From Candidatus Saccharimonadota bacterium (GTDB lineage: Bacteria; Patescibacteriota; Gracilibacteria; UBA1369; 2-02-FULL-48-14): a DNA stretch of 32,000 bases. The stretch's first letter is position 1. Each line of letters opens with the position of its first letter. Under the pieces are notes generated by a model. The model ran no database searches, was not told the DNA's origin, and saw nothing but the letters and a program-made list of their open reading frames with translations. The stretch spans positions 450,001 through 482,000 of the forward strand of contig OZ246396.1 in assembly GCA_965230905.1 (NCBI GenBank). Reading direction: 5' to 3'. Positions 17,117-24,631 of the stretch are shown one piece after another. Position numbers and translations under genes: made by a program.

Positions 17117-17143
17117 CCCGAGACCAAATCTCGGGTTTTTTTT
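17117..17143 (+). terminator. Rho-independent terminator
   Basis: CCCGAGA-ccaaa-TCTCGGG followed by eight T (17136-17143). Confidence 0.8.
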
Positions 17144-17261
17144 ATGTTTATTTTCACTTCTTTTAAGGGCAGGCCCTGCGGGCCCGCCTGCTGGAATAAA
17201 AAGCTGCCCTGCGGGGTACTCATTATTGTGAGGCTTTTTATTTCTTCAAAAATTTGATTCT

Positions 17262-18020
17262 ATGGAAAACATGAATATTGGACTCATCGGTTACGGACAT
17301 ATGGGCAAGGCGTTTGAAAAGCGCTTTAAGGAAGTACAAGAGAAGGGGGCTTTGATAGATTGGCACTTGCAAGTTTCTAGTAGCCACGACAATACAGTTT
17401 TGGCGCGCAATTCAGACATTGTGGTTTTGACGGTGAAACCTGGACATGTGGAAGAGGCGCTGGCAAACATTCGCGGGAACGTTAAGAAAGGTGCCGGACT
17501 TTTGTCCTTGGCTGGCGTGGTGCCAGTGCGGTTTTTGCAGCAAGGCTTTGACGGCGTGGTGGGGCGGGGCATGGCCGACCTGGGTTTTGAGCAAGCTATT
17601 CGGCATCAAGGGGATGAGCGTATTAACTTCCTGATGGACGCGTTGAGCGAAGATACCTGCCTAGAAACGGGCGACGAAACGGTGGTGGACCAGCACACCA
17701 CGTTGGTGGCTTGCAATCCTGGCATCAGCGCCTGGCATTTTTTGCATAACGCTGAGGTCGCGGCGGCCTGGCTACGGGAACATACGCAGCTGACCGAGGA
17801 TATCTTGGGAGTAAATCCTGCCGCTATGGAGCGCCTGCAAAGAAAAGTATTTGAAGAGGGAAATTTCGCTGGAAGAATAAAGGAAGTGGCGACCGTTGGA
17901 GGCGTAACCGAATCTATGGTTTTGGCACTCGAAGCCGCCCGCGGCAACATAGCTTGCGAGCCCTTATATCAGGTGGGTATGCGAAAAATTGAGGCGGTGC
18001 TTCAAAAGTTCAGCGCCTAA
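17262..18020 (+). CDS. proC: Divergent pyrroline-5-carboxylate reductase-like protein
   Basis: IGLIGYGHMGKAF (Rossmann GxGxxG), DIVVLTVKPGHV, LLSLAGVVPV and VATVGGVTESMVLALE line up with ProC motifs IGFIGxGNMG, AVKP, SIAAGV and SPGGTT. The match is divergent, so the call is moderate. Confidence 0.6.
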   Translation: MENMNIGLIGYGHMGKAFEKRFKEVQEKGALIDWHLQVSSSHDNTVLARNSDIVVLTVKPGHVEEALANIRGNVKKGAGLLSLAGVVPVRFLQQGFDGVVGRGMADLGFEQAIRHQGDERINFLMDALSEDTCLETGDETVVDQHTTLVACNPGISAWHFLHNAEVAAAWLREHTQLTEDILGVNPAAMERLQRKVFEEGNFAGRIKEVATVGGVTESMVLALEAARGNIACEPLYQVGMRKIEAVLQKFSA

Positions 18021-18394
18021 AGTTTAACCAACTTCACTTTCAGTCCTTTGATCTTCTTGAAATCCTTGTCGGCCGTGACCAGCGTGAGTCCCTCCACTTG
18101 CGCGGTTGCGGCGATGAGGAGATCTTTGAATTTGAGTTTTTTGGGAAACTTTTTTTCGAGGCGCACAGCTCCCAAGGCTATTTTGGTGTTCAAATCTAAA
18201 GGGGCGAATGTGCGCAGAATTTTGTCTAGAAACTCTAATTCTCCTTCAGTTTTTGCACCCATGAGTACCTCAATACGAGTGATTACACTTATAAAAAAAT
18301 ACTCCCTACGTAGTTTCTTTAAGAGTGCCACGATCTTTGGCTCTCGCTTTATATAGTAAATAATTATGTTGCTATCTAGGAGATATTCTTGCAT
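18017..18394 (-). CDS. vapC: PIN-domain toxin (VapC-like)
   Basis: LLDSNIIIYY near the N-terminus and LVTADKDF near the C-terminus. 125 aa. Its ATG overlaps the upstream antitoxin stop (ATGA). Confidence 0.8.
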   Translation of the reverse strand: MQEYLLDSNIIIYYIKREPKIVALLKKLRREYFFISVITRIEVLMGAKTEGELEFLDKILRTFAPLDLNTKIALGAVRLEKKFPKKLKFKDLLIAATAQVEGLTLVTADKDFKKIKGLKVKLVKL

Positions 18395-18633
18395 CAGAAA
18401 TAGTCGAATAAGTCTGCTTCAGGTCTTTTTAAGTAGCTAAAATCATGCTGTTCAATGAGTTCCAGAGATTCCTCAAATGGAGTCTTCGGTCGTTTTTTCC
18501 TCTTCAGCTTTATCTCCAACAAATATTCTTCATCCAGATCTACTTCAATAATATCTACTTTCTTTTGAAGAAGTTTATCCTTCAAAGACTTGTAGTTGCG
18601 GAGCAGCTCGCGGTTGGTAATAGTGAGGTTCAT
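18394..18633 (-). CDS. Cognate antitoxin (Phd/YefM-like N-terminus), 79 aa
   Basis: Small ORF translationally coupled to the PIN gene by a 4-nt ATGA overlap. TITNRELLRNYKSLKDKLL...VDIIEV resembles the Phd/YefM fold pattern. The C-terminus is acidic. Confidence 0.65.
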   Translation of the reverse strand: MNLTITNRELLRNYKSLKDKLLQKKVDIIEVDLDEEYLLEIKLKRKKRPKTPFEESLELIEQHDFSYLKRPEADLFDYF

Positions 18634-18639
18634 GCCTCC

Positions 18640-18668
18640 ATTTTACGTTTGTCTGACAAAAGTGTCAA
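18640..18668 (-). promoter_or_regulatory. Promoter of the Phd-like/PIN operon with an internal inverted repeat
   Basis: On the minus strand: TTGACA (18668-18663), 17-nt spacer, TAAAAT (18645-18640), then 6 nt to the ATG at 18633. The -35 box with the start of the spacer forms TGACA-cttt-TGTCA. The -35 box overlaps the stop codon of the upstream gene. Confidence 0.55.
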
Positions 18669-19066
18669 ACAATGCCCTTCCCCTCAGCATCCAGCTCGGC
18701 GATGGCCATGACGATGATTCGTCGCACCTCGAGGGTAGCGGCTGTTACGGTGGTGATTTCTCCAGTTGATCGGTCGAGCGTAATTGCTTCTTCTCGTCCG
18801 GGTTTTAATGCAAATTTAGTAAGCTTTGCCTCGTCTAATTTGGCGCGGAGGGCACGGGCCACTTTTAGCAAATCTGCCTCACGAGACATGTCTTCGCCAG
18901 GTGGGTAGCCCATGTGTGGCTCTGCATAAGTGACGGGGTTCTTCTCTCTCATGCCCTCTTTCACCACCACTTGACCCTTCTTATTTTTGACAACAAAACT
19001 GAGAGGCGGCTGGGCCTTGGAATTGTACTCAAAGCTGGCGTAGAGATCGGCTTTTTGCTCGCGCAT
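18665..19066 (-). CDS. Hypothetical protein (133 aa)
   Basis: ATG-initiated ORF directly upstream of the antitoxin/PIN pair on the same strand. No family recognised. Confidence 0.5.
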   Translation of the reverse strand: MREQKADLYASFEYNSKAQPPLSFVVKNKKGQVVVKEGMREKNPVTYAEPHMGYPPGEDMSREADLLKVARALRAKLDEAKLTKFALKPGREEAITLDRSTGEITTVTAATLEVRRIIVMAIAELDAEGKGIV

Positions 19067-19149
19067 AGGGGAGGCTATAAGTTAGTATAATAAAGAAAAT
19101 CTTGTTTTTGTCAAATTACTGGGCTATAGTTTGCTCCTTTTTCTATCTT

Positions 19150-19683
19150 ATGGAACTAGCGGAAGAATATCAGCTCTACCTTGAAACTCCTGAACCCGAG
19201 TTGCTGCTCGCTAAAAAGCCTGCCAAAAGAAGTTCTCCTGTGGAGCCTCCTTCCAACCCGAGCCGTTTTTACAGCCTACTTGCAGATCAAAATGGCGGGA
19301 TTGATTGGTTGGGCGCCCACTTAGGATGTACACCGGCGAACCGTGGAGTGGGACTCATGGAACCACGGGTTTTCTTTCAAGTGGGGCAAAACAGTAGGCT
19401 CTCTTTCGTCCACCCTTCTCCAAATAAGCAGGATCCAATGGTATTTAGAATGGATCTGCCCTACGTGAACGAGCTACGTACTTGCAATATACGCCTGGAC
19501 GGACAGGAGGCGGCTCAAATCCAATTGAAACGCAGTGAAGCTTCACGGATTGTGATGAGCGTGCTTAAGGCCCGGCAGCATAACCAAGAGTTAAAAATGG
19601 CTTTTGTTCCACTCTTGGTTGGATCGAGGGATTTTTGCCCGCCGACCGATGCGAATCGTGCACCTTGGCACGTTTTAAGATAA
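19150..19683 (+). CDS. Hypothetical protein (177 aa)
   Basis: ATG at 19150 inside track ORF 19102..19683, whose own start is TTG. It is divergent from the 133-aa gene. No family recognised. Confidence 0.45.
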   Translation: MELAEEYQLYLETPEPELLLAKKPAKRSSPVEPPSNPSRFYSLLADQNGGIDWLGAHLGCTPANRGVGLMEPRVFFQVGQNSRLSFVHPSPNKQDPMVFRMDLPYVNELRTCNIRLDGQEAAQIQLKRSEASRIVMSVLKARQHNQELKMAFVPLLVGSRDFCPPTDANRAPWHVLR

Positions 19684-19690
19684 AATAGCC

Positions 19691-20239
19691 ATGATGAACC
19701 GACAAGAACTCATTGCGGAGCTGATCAAAAGCCTGGGCGAAGACCTGGGGCGTGAGGGCTTAAAAGATACGCCGAAACGGGCGGCCGAGGCGTGGGATCA
19801 TTTGTTCAGTGGGTATGAGAAAAAGCCGGAAGAGGTTTTGACGGTGTTTGAAAACGAGGGCTATGACGAGATGATTTTGGTGAAAAATATTGAGTTTTAT
19901 TCAACATGTGAGCACCACTGTTTACCATTTTTTGGGAAGGCGCACGTCGCCTATATTCCGCGAGACAAAATCATTGGGCTTTCTAAGATTCCAAGGCTGG
20001 TGGAAATTTTTTCGCGCCGGCTGCAAAACCAAGAACGGCTGACCACGCAGATTGCGGGGGCTTTGGATGAACTCTTGTCACCGAAAGGAGTGGGGGTTGT
20101 GATTGAGGCCAAGCATTTTTGTATGATGGCGCGTGGCGTGGAGAAGCAAATGAGCGAGGTGACCACCTCGACTTTGAAGGGACTGTTTAAAGAACGTCCC
20201 GCCACGCGCGAAGAGTTTTTGCGTCTGATTAAAGGCTAG
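19691..20239 (+). CDS. folE: GTP cyclohydrolase I
   Basis: [20 protein letters not shown] and RLQNQERLT motifs. 182 aa. Confidence 0.93.
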   Translation: MMNRQELIAELIKSLGEDLGREGLKDTPKRAAEAWDHLFSGYEKKPEEVLTVFENEGYDEMILVKNIEFYSTCEHHCLPFFGKAHVAYIPRDKIIGLSKIPRLVEIFSRRLQNQERLTTQIAGALDELLSPKGVGVVIEAKHFCMMARGVEKQMSEVTTSTLKGLFKERPATREEFLRLIKG

Positions 20240-20309
20240 GCTAGAATCACCTTAGATAGGTTGTGGCTTACGCCACTTTATTGCTTAGCAGACCCTTCGG
20301 GTCCGCCTT

Positions 20310-20918
20310 ATGGATTTTCTCCCCGAATCGATTACGCGGCTCATTGAAGAGCTTCAACAGCTGCCCGGCATTGGGCCAAAGAGCGCACAGCGTTTGGCGT
20401 TTCATCTGTTGAAAGCGCCGGAAAGTCGGCTGCAGAGTTTTAGCGGAGCAGTGGCGGAGGTGAAAACAGGCGTGATTTCGTGCGGAACCTGCCACTCGCT
20501 CACCACGGAAAATCCGTGCCGCATTTGCAGCGACGCGCGGCGAGACCGCAGTATTTTGTGCATTGTGGAGAGCACGCTAGATTTGATCGCGCTGGAAAAA
20601 ACCGGCGAATTCCAAGGGCTGTACCATGTGCTACAGGGAAAACTGTCGCCGCTGGAGGGGATTGGCCCGGACGACTTGCGAATTGCTGAACTTTTTATGC
20701 GGATGACGGAGGCGGACTGCTTGGTGAAGGAGGTGATTTTGGCGCTGAACCCAGATTTGGAAGGCGACACCACGGCGTTGTTTCTACGACAAAAACTGGC
20801 GGCACTCAACCCGGTCCATGTGAGCCGCATTGCGCGTGGGATTCCGAGCGGTGGAAATTTGGAGTTCACGGATGACGCGACCTTGATTCGCGCGATGCAA
20901 GGAAGGCAGACTATGTGA
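20310..20918 (+). CDS. recR: Recombination protein RecR
   Basis: LIEELQQLPGIGPKSAQRLAFHLL (HhH), C4 zinc finger CGTCHSLTTENPCRIC, Toprim region. Confidence 0.93.
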   Translation: MDFLPESITRLIEELQQLPGIGPKSAQRLAFHLLKAPESRLQSFSGAVAEVKTGVISCGTCHSLTTENPCRICSDARRDRSILCIVESTLDLIALEKTGEFQGLYHVLQGKLSPLEGIGPDDLRIAELFMRMTEADCLVKEVILALNPDLEGDTTALFLRQKLAALNPVHVSRIARGIPSGGNLEFTDDATLIRAMQGRQTM

Positions 20919-21630
20919 GAATAGCAAAGGCACTGCCGCTGCCGGTGAGGACGGCATTTTTTGGAACGGCTGGGAAGAATACTTGAAAGTCGTTGTGGAG
21001 GTTTTGGAGGAGGGCGGCGTGGTCTTGGGCGTGGAGGGCGGCAATAAATGCAGTGGAATTTTTTGCGGAGTGGAGGCCGGAGGCGTCCCATTTTTCGAAG
21101 GCCTCTTTAGTGGAAGATGGCGCCGTGCCAAGTTCGACGCGGAGTTTTATTTCAGCGGGAAGCGGCGGGAGGGGTTCGAGTATTTCACCGTAGTGGGTGC
21201 CGCGTGCCACCTCATAACCGGACATGAAAAAGGGCACATCCATGCCGACTTCCGCTCCGAGCTGCATGAGTTTTTCGTGGGAGAGTTCGAGCTGTTCAAG
21301 GTCGTTGAGGGCGAGCAGGAAGGAGGCCGCATCGCTGCTGGCACCGCCGAGGCCGGAGCCGGGCGGAATGCCTTTTTCGAGCGTGATGCGGTATTTGAAA
21401 ATGCGGCCGGTGTGGGTTTGGAGAACGTCCAGGGCTTTCACGATGGAGTTGCCTTCGGCGGGAAGGGTTTCGCAGTGAAAGGAAAATTCATCGGCGCGTT
21501 CGAGCGTGAGCGTGTCTTGAAAAAGCCGCGTGCGCATAAAAACCGTGTCGAGGAGGTGGTAGCCCGATTCGCCCTTGCCAAGGATGGCGAGGAATAAATT
21601 CACCTTCGCGGGACAGAGGATTCGAAGCAT
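20911..21630 (-). CDS. ispE: 4-diphosphocytidyl-2-C-methyl-D-erythritol kinase
   Basis: CPAKVNLFLAILGK...GYHLLDTVF and GHMP-kinase motif PPGSGLGGASSDAA. Start moved to the ATG at 21630 because the track start is a TTG. Confidence 0.85.
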   Translation of the reverse strand: MLRILCPAKVNLFLAILGKGESGYHLLDTVFMRTRLFQDTLTLERADEFSFHCETLPAEGNSIVKALDVLQTHTGRIFKYRITLEKGIPPGSGLGGASSDAASFLLALNDLEQLELSHEKLMQLGAEVGMDVPFFMSGYEVARGTHYGEILEPLPPLPAEIKLRVELGTAPSSTKEAFEKWDASGLHSAKNSTAFIAALHAQDHAALLQNLHNDFQVFFPAVPKNAVLTGSGSAFAILT

Positions 21631-21631
21631 C

Positions 21632-21802
21632 TTATTTCTTAGTCGCTGCAAAGAAGCATACGACTGCTAGGATCAGCGGAGCCCAGAAAAAGTCCTTGAG
21701 TTCGGTGAGATGACCGGAGTTGGATCCCACGATGAACATAGCGATGGAGGCGATGAGCGCAAGGGAACCGATTACTTGGAAGATCTTTTTAGGGTTTTTC
21801 AT
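21632..21802 (-). CDS. Unannotated 56-aa two-helix membrane ORF inside the MEP operon
   Basis: Hand translation: MKNPKKIFQVIGSLALIASIAMFIVGSNSGHLTELKDFFWAPLILAVVCFFAATKK. There are two hydrophobic stretches with Lys-rich ends. It starts 19 nt after the ispDF stop, and its TAA is 1 nt from the ispE ATG. It is below the track length cutoff. Confidence 0.45.
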   Translation of the reverse strand: MKNPKKIFQVIGSLALIASIAMFIVGSNSGHLTELKDFFWAPLILAVVCFFAATKK

Positions 21803-21821
21803 GGAGGCGGGTTAGATGTGC

Positions 21822-22898
21822 CTAGTTTAAAGGAAGGACGGTGAGCAAAGCAAGGCAACGGATGCCTTCGCCGCGGCCGAACGCAGTGAGGCCTTCACCG
21901 GTGTGTGCGGAAATTTGGATTTGCTCGGGTTCGATGGCGAGGATTTTGGCGAGGGAGGCCTTGAGAGCAGGGGCGAGTGGATCGATTTGAGGACGGGCAC
22001 ATTCGAGCGAAAGAGAAACTTGCTGAATGCGAACGTTTTCGAGGAGCGGCTCGAGGTAGTCGCGGCTGTCTGAGTCGCCGGAAAGTAAAAGTGGGTCGGC
22101 AATTTCAGAGAAGTTTTCGCCGCAGGCTTGCGCGAGTGCGCGGCCGATGGCGTGCAAAATCACATCGCCGTCGGAATTGGCTTCGAGCGCAGGGAGTTCG
22201 GGGACACTAAGGCCGCCGAGCATGAGAGTGCCGGTGGTGGAAAAAGCGTGTGAATCTTCGCCAAGGAAAGTACTGCTGCAGAGGGCGGCGAGGTCTTCGG
22301 CAAAAGTAATTTTGCGATTGGTGGGGCTGGCATCGACTACGGAAACTTGCGTTGCTCCGAGCAGAGCCGAACTAAGATCGGTCGCGTCGTGGAGAGAAAT
22401 TTTCTGCAAAATATCTCCGCGGACCGCCTGAGGCGTTTGCATGAGGCGGATTTTTTCGCGTGGGATCGCAGCGGTGTAGACACCATGGTCAGCTGTGAGC
22501 AGAGTGTCTACTGCCGCATGAGAAACCGCAGCGGCTCCGGTCTTTTGGGCAGCAGCGATCACATCGGCGATTTCGCGCGCAGTCACGTTGGGATTCGCGG
22601 CGTTGTGGTCGATGATGACGTCGGCGTCTTTAAAATTGGCGACAGCGAGTCCGGCTTTAAACGAGTCCATGCGGGTCGCACCACCGCTGGTGAGCTGTGT
22701 TTTTTCTCCATCAATAAAAGGGAGAAAACGGAACTCGTCACCTTTGGGAACCACGAGCACGATTCGGCCGATTTCGGGGTGGGCTTTAAGGGTTTCGTAG
22801 CTCAGAGTCCAGAGGGGTTTCCCGTGAACGTCTGCCCAGAGTTTATTTTGCCCGGCCCGCTGGGATTTCCCGGCGGCTAGTAGAATGGCTATATTCAT
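21822..22898 (-). CDS. ispDF: Bifunctional IspD/IspF (MEP cytidylyltransferase / MEcPP synthase)
   Basis: N-terminus AILLAAGKSQRAG (IspD). The C-terminal half has GEDSHAF...SDGDVILHAIGRAL (IspF). Confidence 0.9.
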   Translation of the reverse strand: MNIAILLAAGKSQRAGQNKLWADVHGKPLWTLSYETLKAHPEIGRIVLVVPKGDEFRFLPFIDGEKTQLTSGGATRMDSFKAGLAVANFKDADVIIDHNAANPNVTAREIADVIAAAQKTGAAAVSHAAVDTLLTADHGVYTAAIPREKIRLMQTPQAVRGDILQKISLHDATDLSSALLGATQVSVVDASPTNRKITFAEDLAALCSSTFLGEDSHAFSTTGTLMLGGLSVPELPALEANSDGDVILHAIGRALAQACGENFSEIADPLLLSGDSDSRDYLEPLLENVRIQQVSLSLECARPQIDPLAPALKASLAKILAIEPEQIQISAHTGEGLTAFGRGEGIRCLALLTVLPLN

Positions 22899-23943
22899 TG
22901 GTGATTCGCTGAGTTAGTGAAATCATTTCGTCGAGTGTAGCAGCGGGAACTTCCCAGAGCCACTTTTCGAGTCCGGCTTCAATGAATTCATAAATGCCGA
23001 GGAAAGAAATTTCGCCGCAGAGGAAACGCTGCACCGCGAGGTCGTTGAGGGCGTTGAGCACCACGGGGAAATTGGGATTTCCCTTGTGAAGTTCGAACCA
23101 CTTGAGCGAGCGGAAAGTCTCGGCGTCCGGCTGATCAAAACTGAGTTCGCTTTTGCGGGTGCGCACAATGGGCCAGGGGCAGACGGGCTGAACGGGGTAA
23201 TGCAGGGCATACGAAATAAAGAGCTTCATGTCGTTTTGCGTGATGTGCATTTTGGTGGCGCCGGTTTTGGTGTGGATCATGCTGTGCACGATGCTCTGCG
23301 GATGGACTACAACGTGGATGTCTTTGAGCGGAATATCGAAGAGATTGTGAACCTCGTAAATTTCCAGAATTTTATTGATGAGGGTGGCCGAGTCGATACT
23401 GACTTTTTTGCCCATTTTCCAGGTGGGGTGGGCGAGCGCTTCGGCGATGGTGACGTGCTCGAGCTCGGCGCGGGTTTTACCGCGGAAAGGGCCGCCGGAG
23501 CAGGTGAGGGTGATGGAGCTGATGGGTGCGGCGCCGTACTCGTGGAGTAGCTGCCAAATGGCGGAGGCTTCGCTGTCGAGTGGAAAGATTTGCGCGCCGG
23601 TTTTTGCAGCTTCCGCGCGGAGGTAACGTCCCGCGATGGCGAGGGATTCTTTGTTGGCAGAAAGCAGGGTTTTCCCGGCACGAACCGCAGCCAGAGAAAC
23701 CTCGAGGCCAGCGAAACCGGGGAGGGCGTTTACGATGATGTCGGCTGCTGCGATGAGGGTGTCTTTGTGAGTGAGCCCTTTGTGCCCGGGCACAGAAAAT
23801 TCTGATGCCTGTTTGGCGAGGAGTTTTTCATTTTTCAGACCCGTGATGCCGAGTAACTTGAAATCTTCAGGAAACGCGCGCAGCACCTCCAGCGTTTGCG
23901 TGCCGATGGAGCCGGTGGAGCCGAAGAGCGCTAGGGTTTTCAT
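22843..23943 (-). CDS. dxr: 1-deoxy-D-xylulose-5-phosphate reductoisomerase
   Basis: LALFGSTGSIGTQTLEVL, LSANKESL, HPTWKMGKKVSIDSATL. The 3' end overlaps the ispDF start by 56 nt. Confidence 0.93.
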   Translation of the reverse strand: MKTLALFGSTGSIGTQTLEVLRAFPEDFKLLGITGLKNEKLLAKQASEFSVPGHKGLTHKDTLIAAADIIVNALPGFAGLEVSLAAVRAGKTLLSANKESLAIAGRYLRAEAAKTGAQIFPLDSEASAIWQLLHEYGAAPISSITLTCSGGPFRGKTRAELEHVTIAEALAHPTWKMGKKVSIDSATLINKILEIYEVHNLFDIPLKDIHVVVHPQSIVHSMIHTKTGATKMHITQNDMKLFISYALHYPVQPVCPWPIVRTRKSELSFDQPDAETFRSLKWFELHKGNPNFPVVLNALNDLAVQRFLCGEISFLGIYEFIEAGLEKWLWEVPAATLDEMISLTQRITNEYSHSTSRREIPAGRAK

Positions 23944-23957
23944 GGCTATACAATACT

Positions 23958-24590
23958 CTAAATTTTAACCTTTTTGACCCCTAGCGAAAACCGGGCGCCG
24001 AAGAGCATGAGATTAGTATGATCAGGATTGTGTTTATAATTCCGGCATACTTGACCACCGGCCCCGTAGAAGGCACCGGTGTATAGGTCGTTTTTATTTC
24101 CTCTTCTTTTTGGAGAGTACAGCCACGGGAAAATTTCATTGTCTCGGACTAGGCCGGCCCAGGCTAGCTCCTTTGAGGTTTCTCTACTCGTTAGTTTGAC
24201 TCTGGGATGAATCCTTTTAGCGGAATCCAGTGCATTTCCAAAGCATAAAAAGCCATCCTTAATAGCTTTGGCTTGTCCCACTTTATCGTATGCCAGGCCT
24301 GACATCGGAATGCCTTTGAAGTCTTCCCAAGGCACGTCGCTCACGCTTTCGCTCCACTCTATTTCTTCATCCTCCTCCATGGTAACGATGGGCAGAGTAC
24401 CCCGTGCGATAAGGTCTCCCAGAATAATAATGGCTTCAGGGTCTGCCTCCAAGCTGGCTTGAGCGACTTTCCAACGAATACCAGTGTTGAATTTCCTCAC
24501 GGTTTCGCTGAAGATGAATCTGAGTTTGGCTAGGGTTTTTTCCTGAGAGACCTCCGGTGTTCCTTGAACTGTGGTGTCGTTTTGTTCCAT
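23958..24590 (-). CDS. DUF4256-like protein of unknown function (210 aa)
   Basis: Motif order RF...IRWKVAQASLEADPE..., ...AYDK..., NALDSA..., PWLYSP and C-terminal FGARFSLGV parallels my recollection of DUF4256 (RFE...LEWAKVQAKLEAN..., CYDREA, SSWVKTP, ARGFRGSLRV). The family call is tentative; the ORF itself is solid. Confidence 0.55.
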   Translation of the reverse strand: MEQNDTTVQGTPEVSQEKTLAKLRFIFSETVRKFNTGIRWKVAQASLEADPEAIIILGDLIARGTLPIVTMEEDEEIEWSESVSDVPWEDFKGIPMSGLAYDKVGQAKAIKDGFLCFGNALDSAKRIHPRVKLTSRETSKELAWAGLVRDNEIFPWLYSPKRRGNKNDLYTGAFYGAGGQVCRNYKHNPDHTNLMLFGARFSLGVKKVKI

Positions 24591-24631
24591 GATTTCTTTT
24601 TAAAATGTGACCAAGGCAGCATTGTATCTCT

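Noticed and set aside
17169-17194. A 26-nt hairpin motif, GCAGGCCCTGCGGGCCCGCCTGCTGG, resembles GCAGACCCTTCGGGTCCGCCTTATGG at 20288-20313. 21 of 26 positions match, with one compensatory stem change. A third CCCTGCGGG lies at 17207-17215.
   Set aside because: A rough estimate gives several 21-of-26 matches by chance among all position pairs in 32 kb on both strands. The stems are only ~5 bp with 3-nt loops. It may be a small conserved hairpin element, but this window alone cannot support that. A genome-wide count of the motif would decide.
20263-20283. GTGGC-ttac-GCCAC hairpin followed by TTTATT after folE, considered as a terminator.
   Set aside because: The stem is only 5 bp and the T-tract is interrupted. 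This is too weak to annotate. folE and recR may be co-transcribed.
20402-21091. 229-aa minus-strand ORF spanning the recR/ispE junction.
   Set aside because: It is antisense to recR and out of frame with ispE. It is Pro/Arg/Ser-rich with no motifs. Both overlapped genes are well supported.
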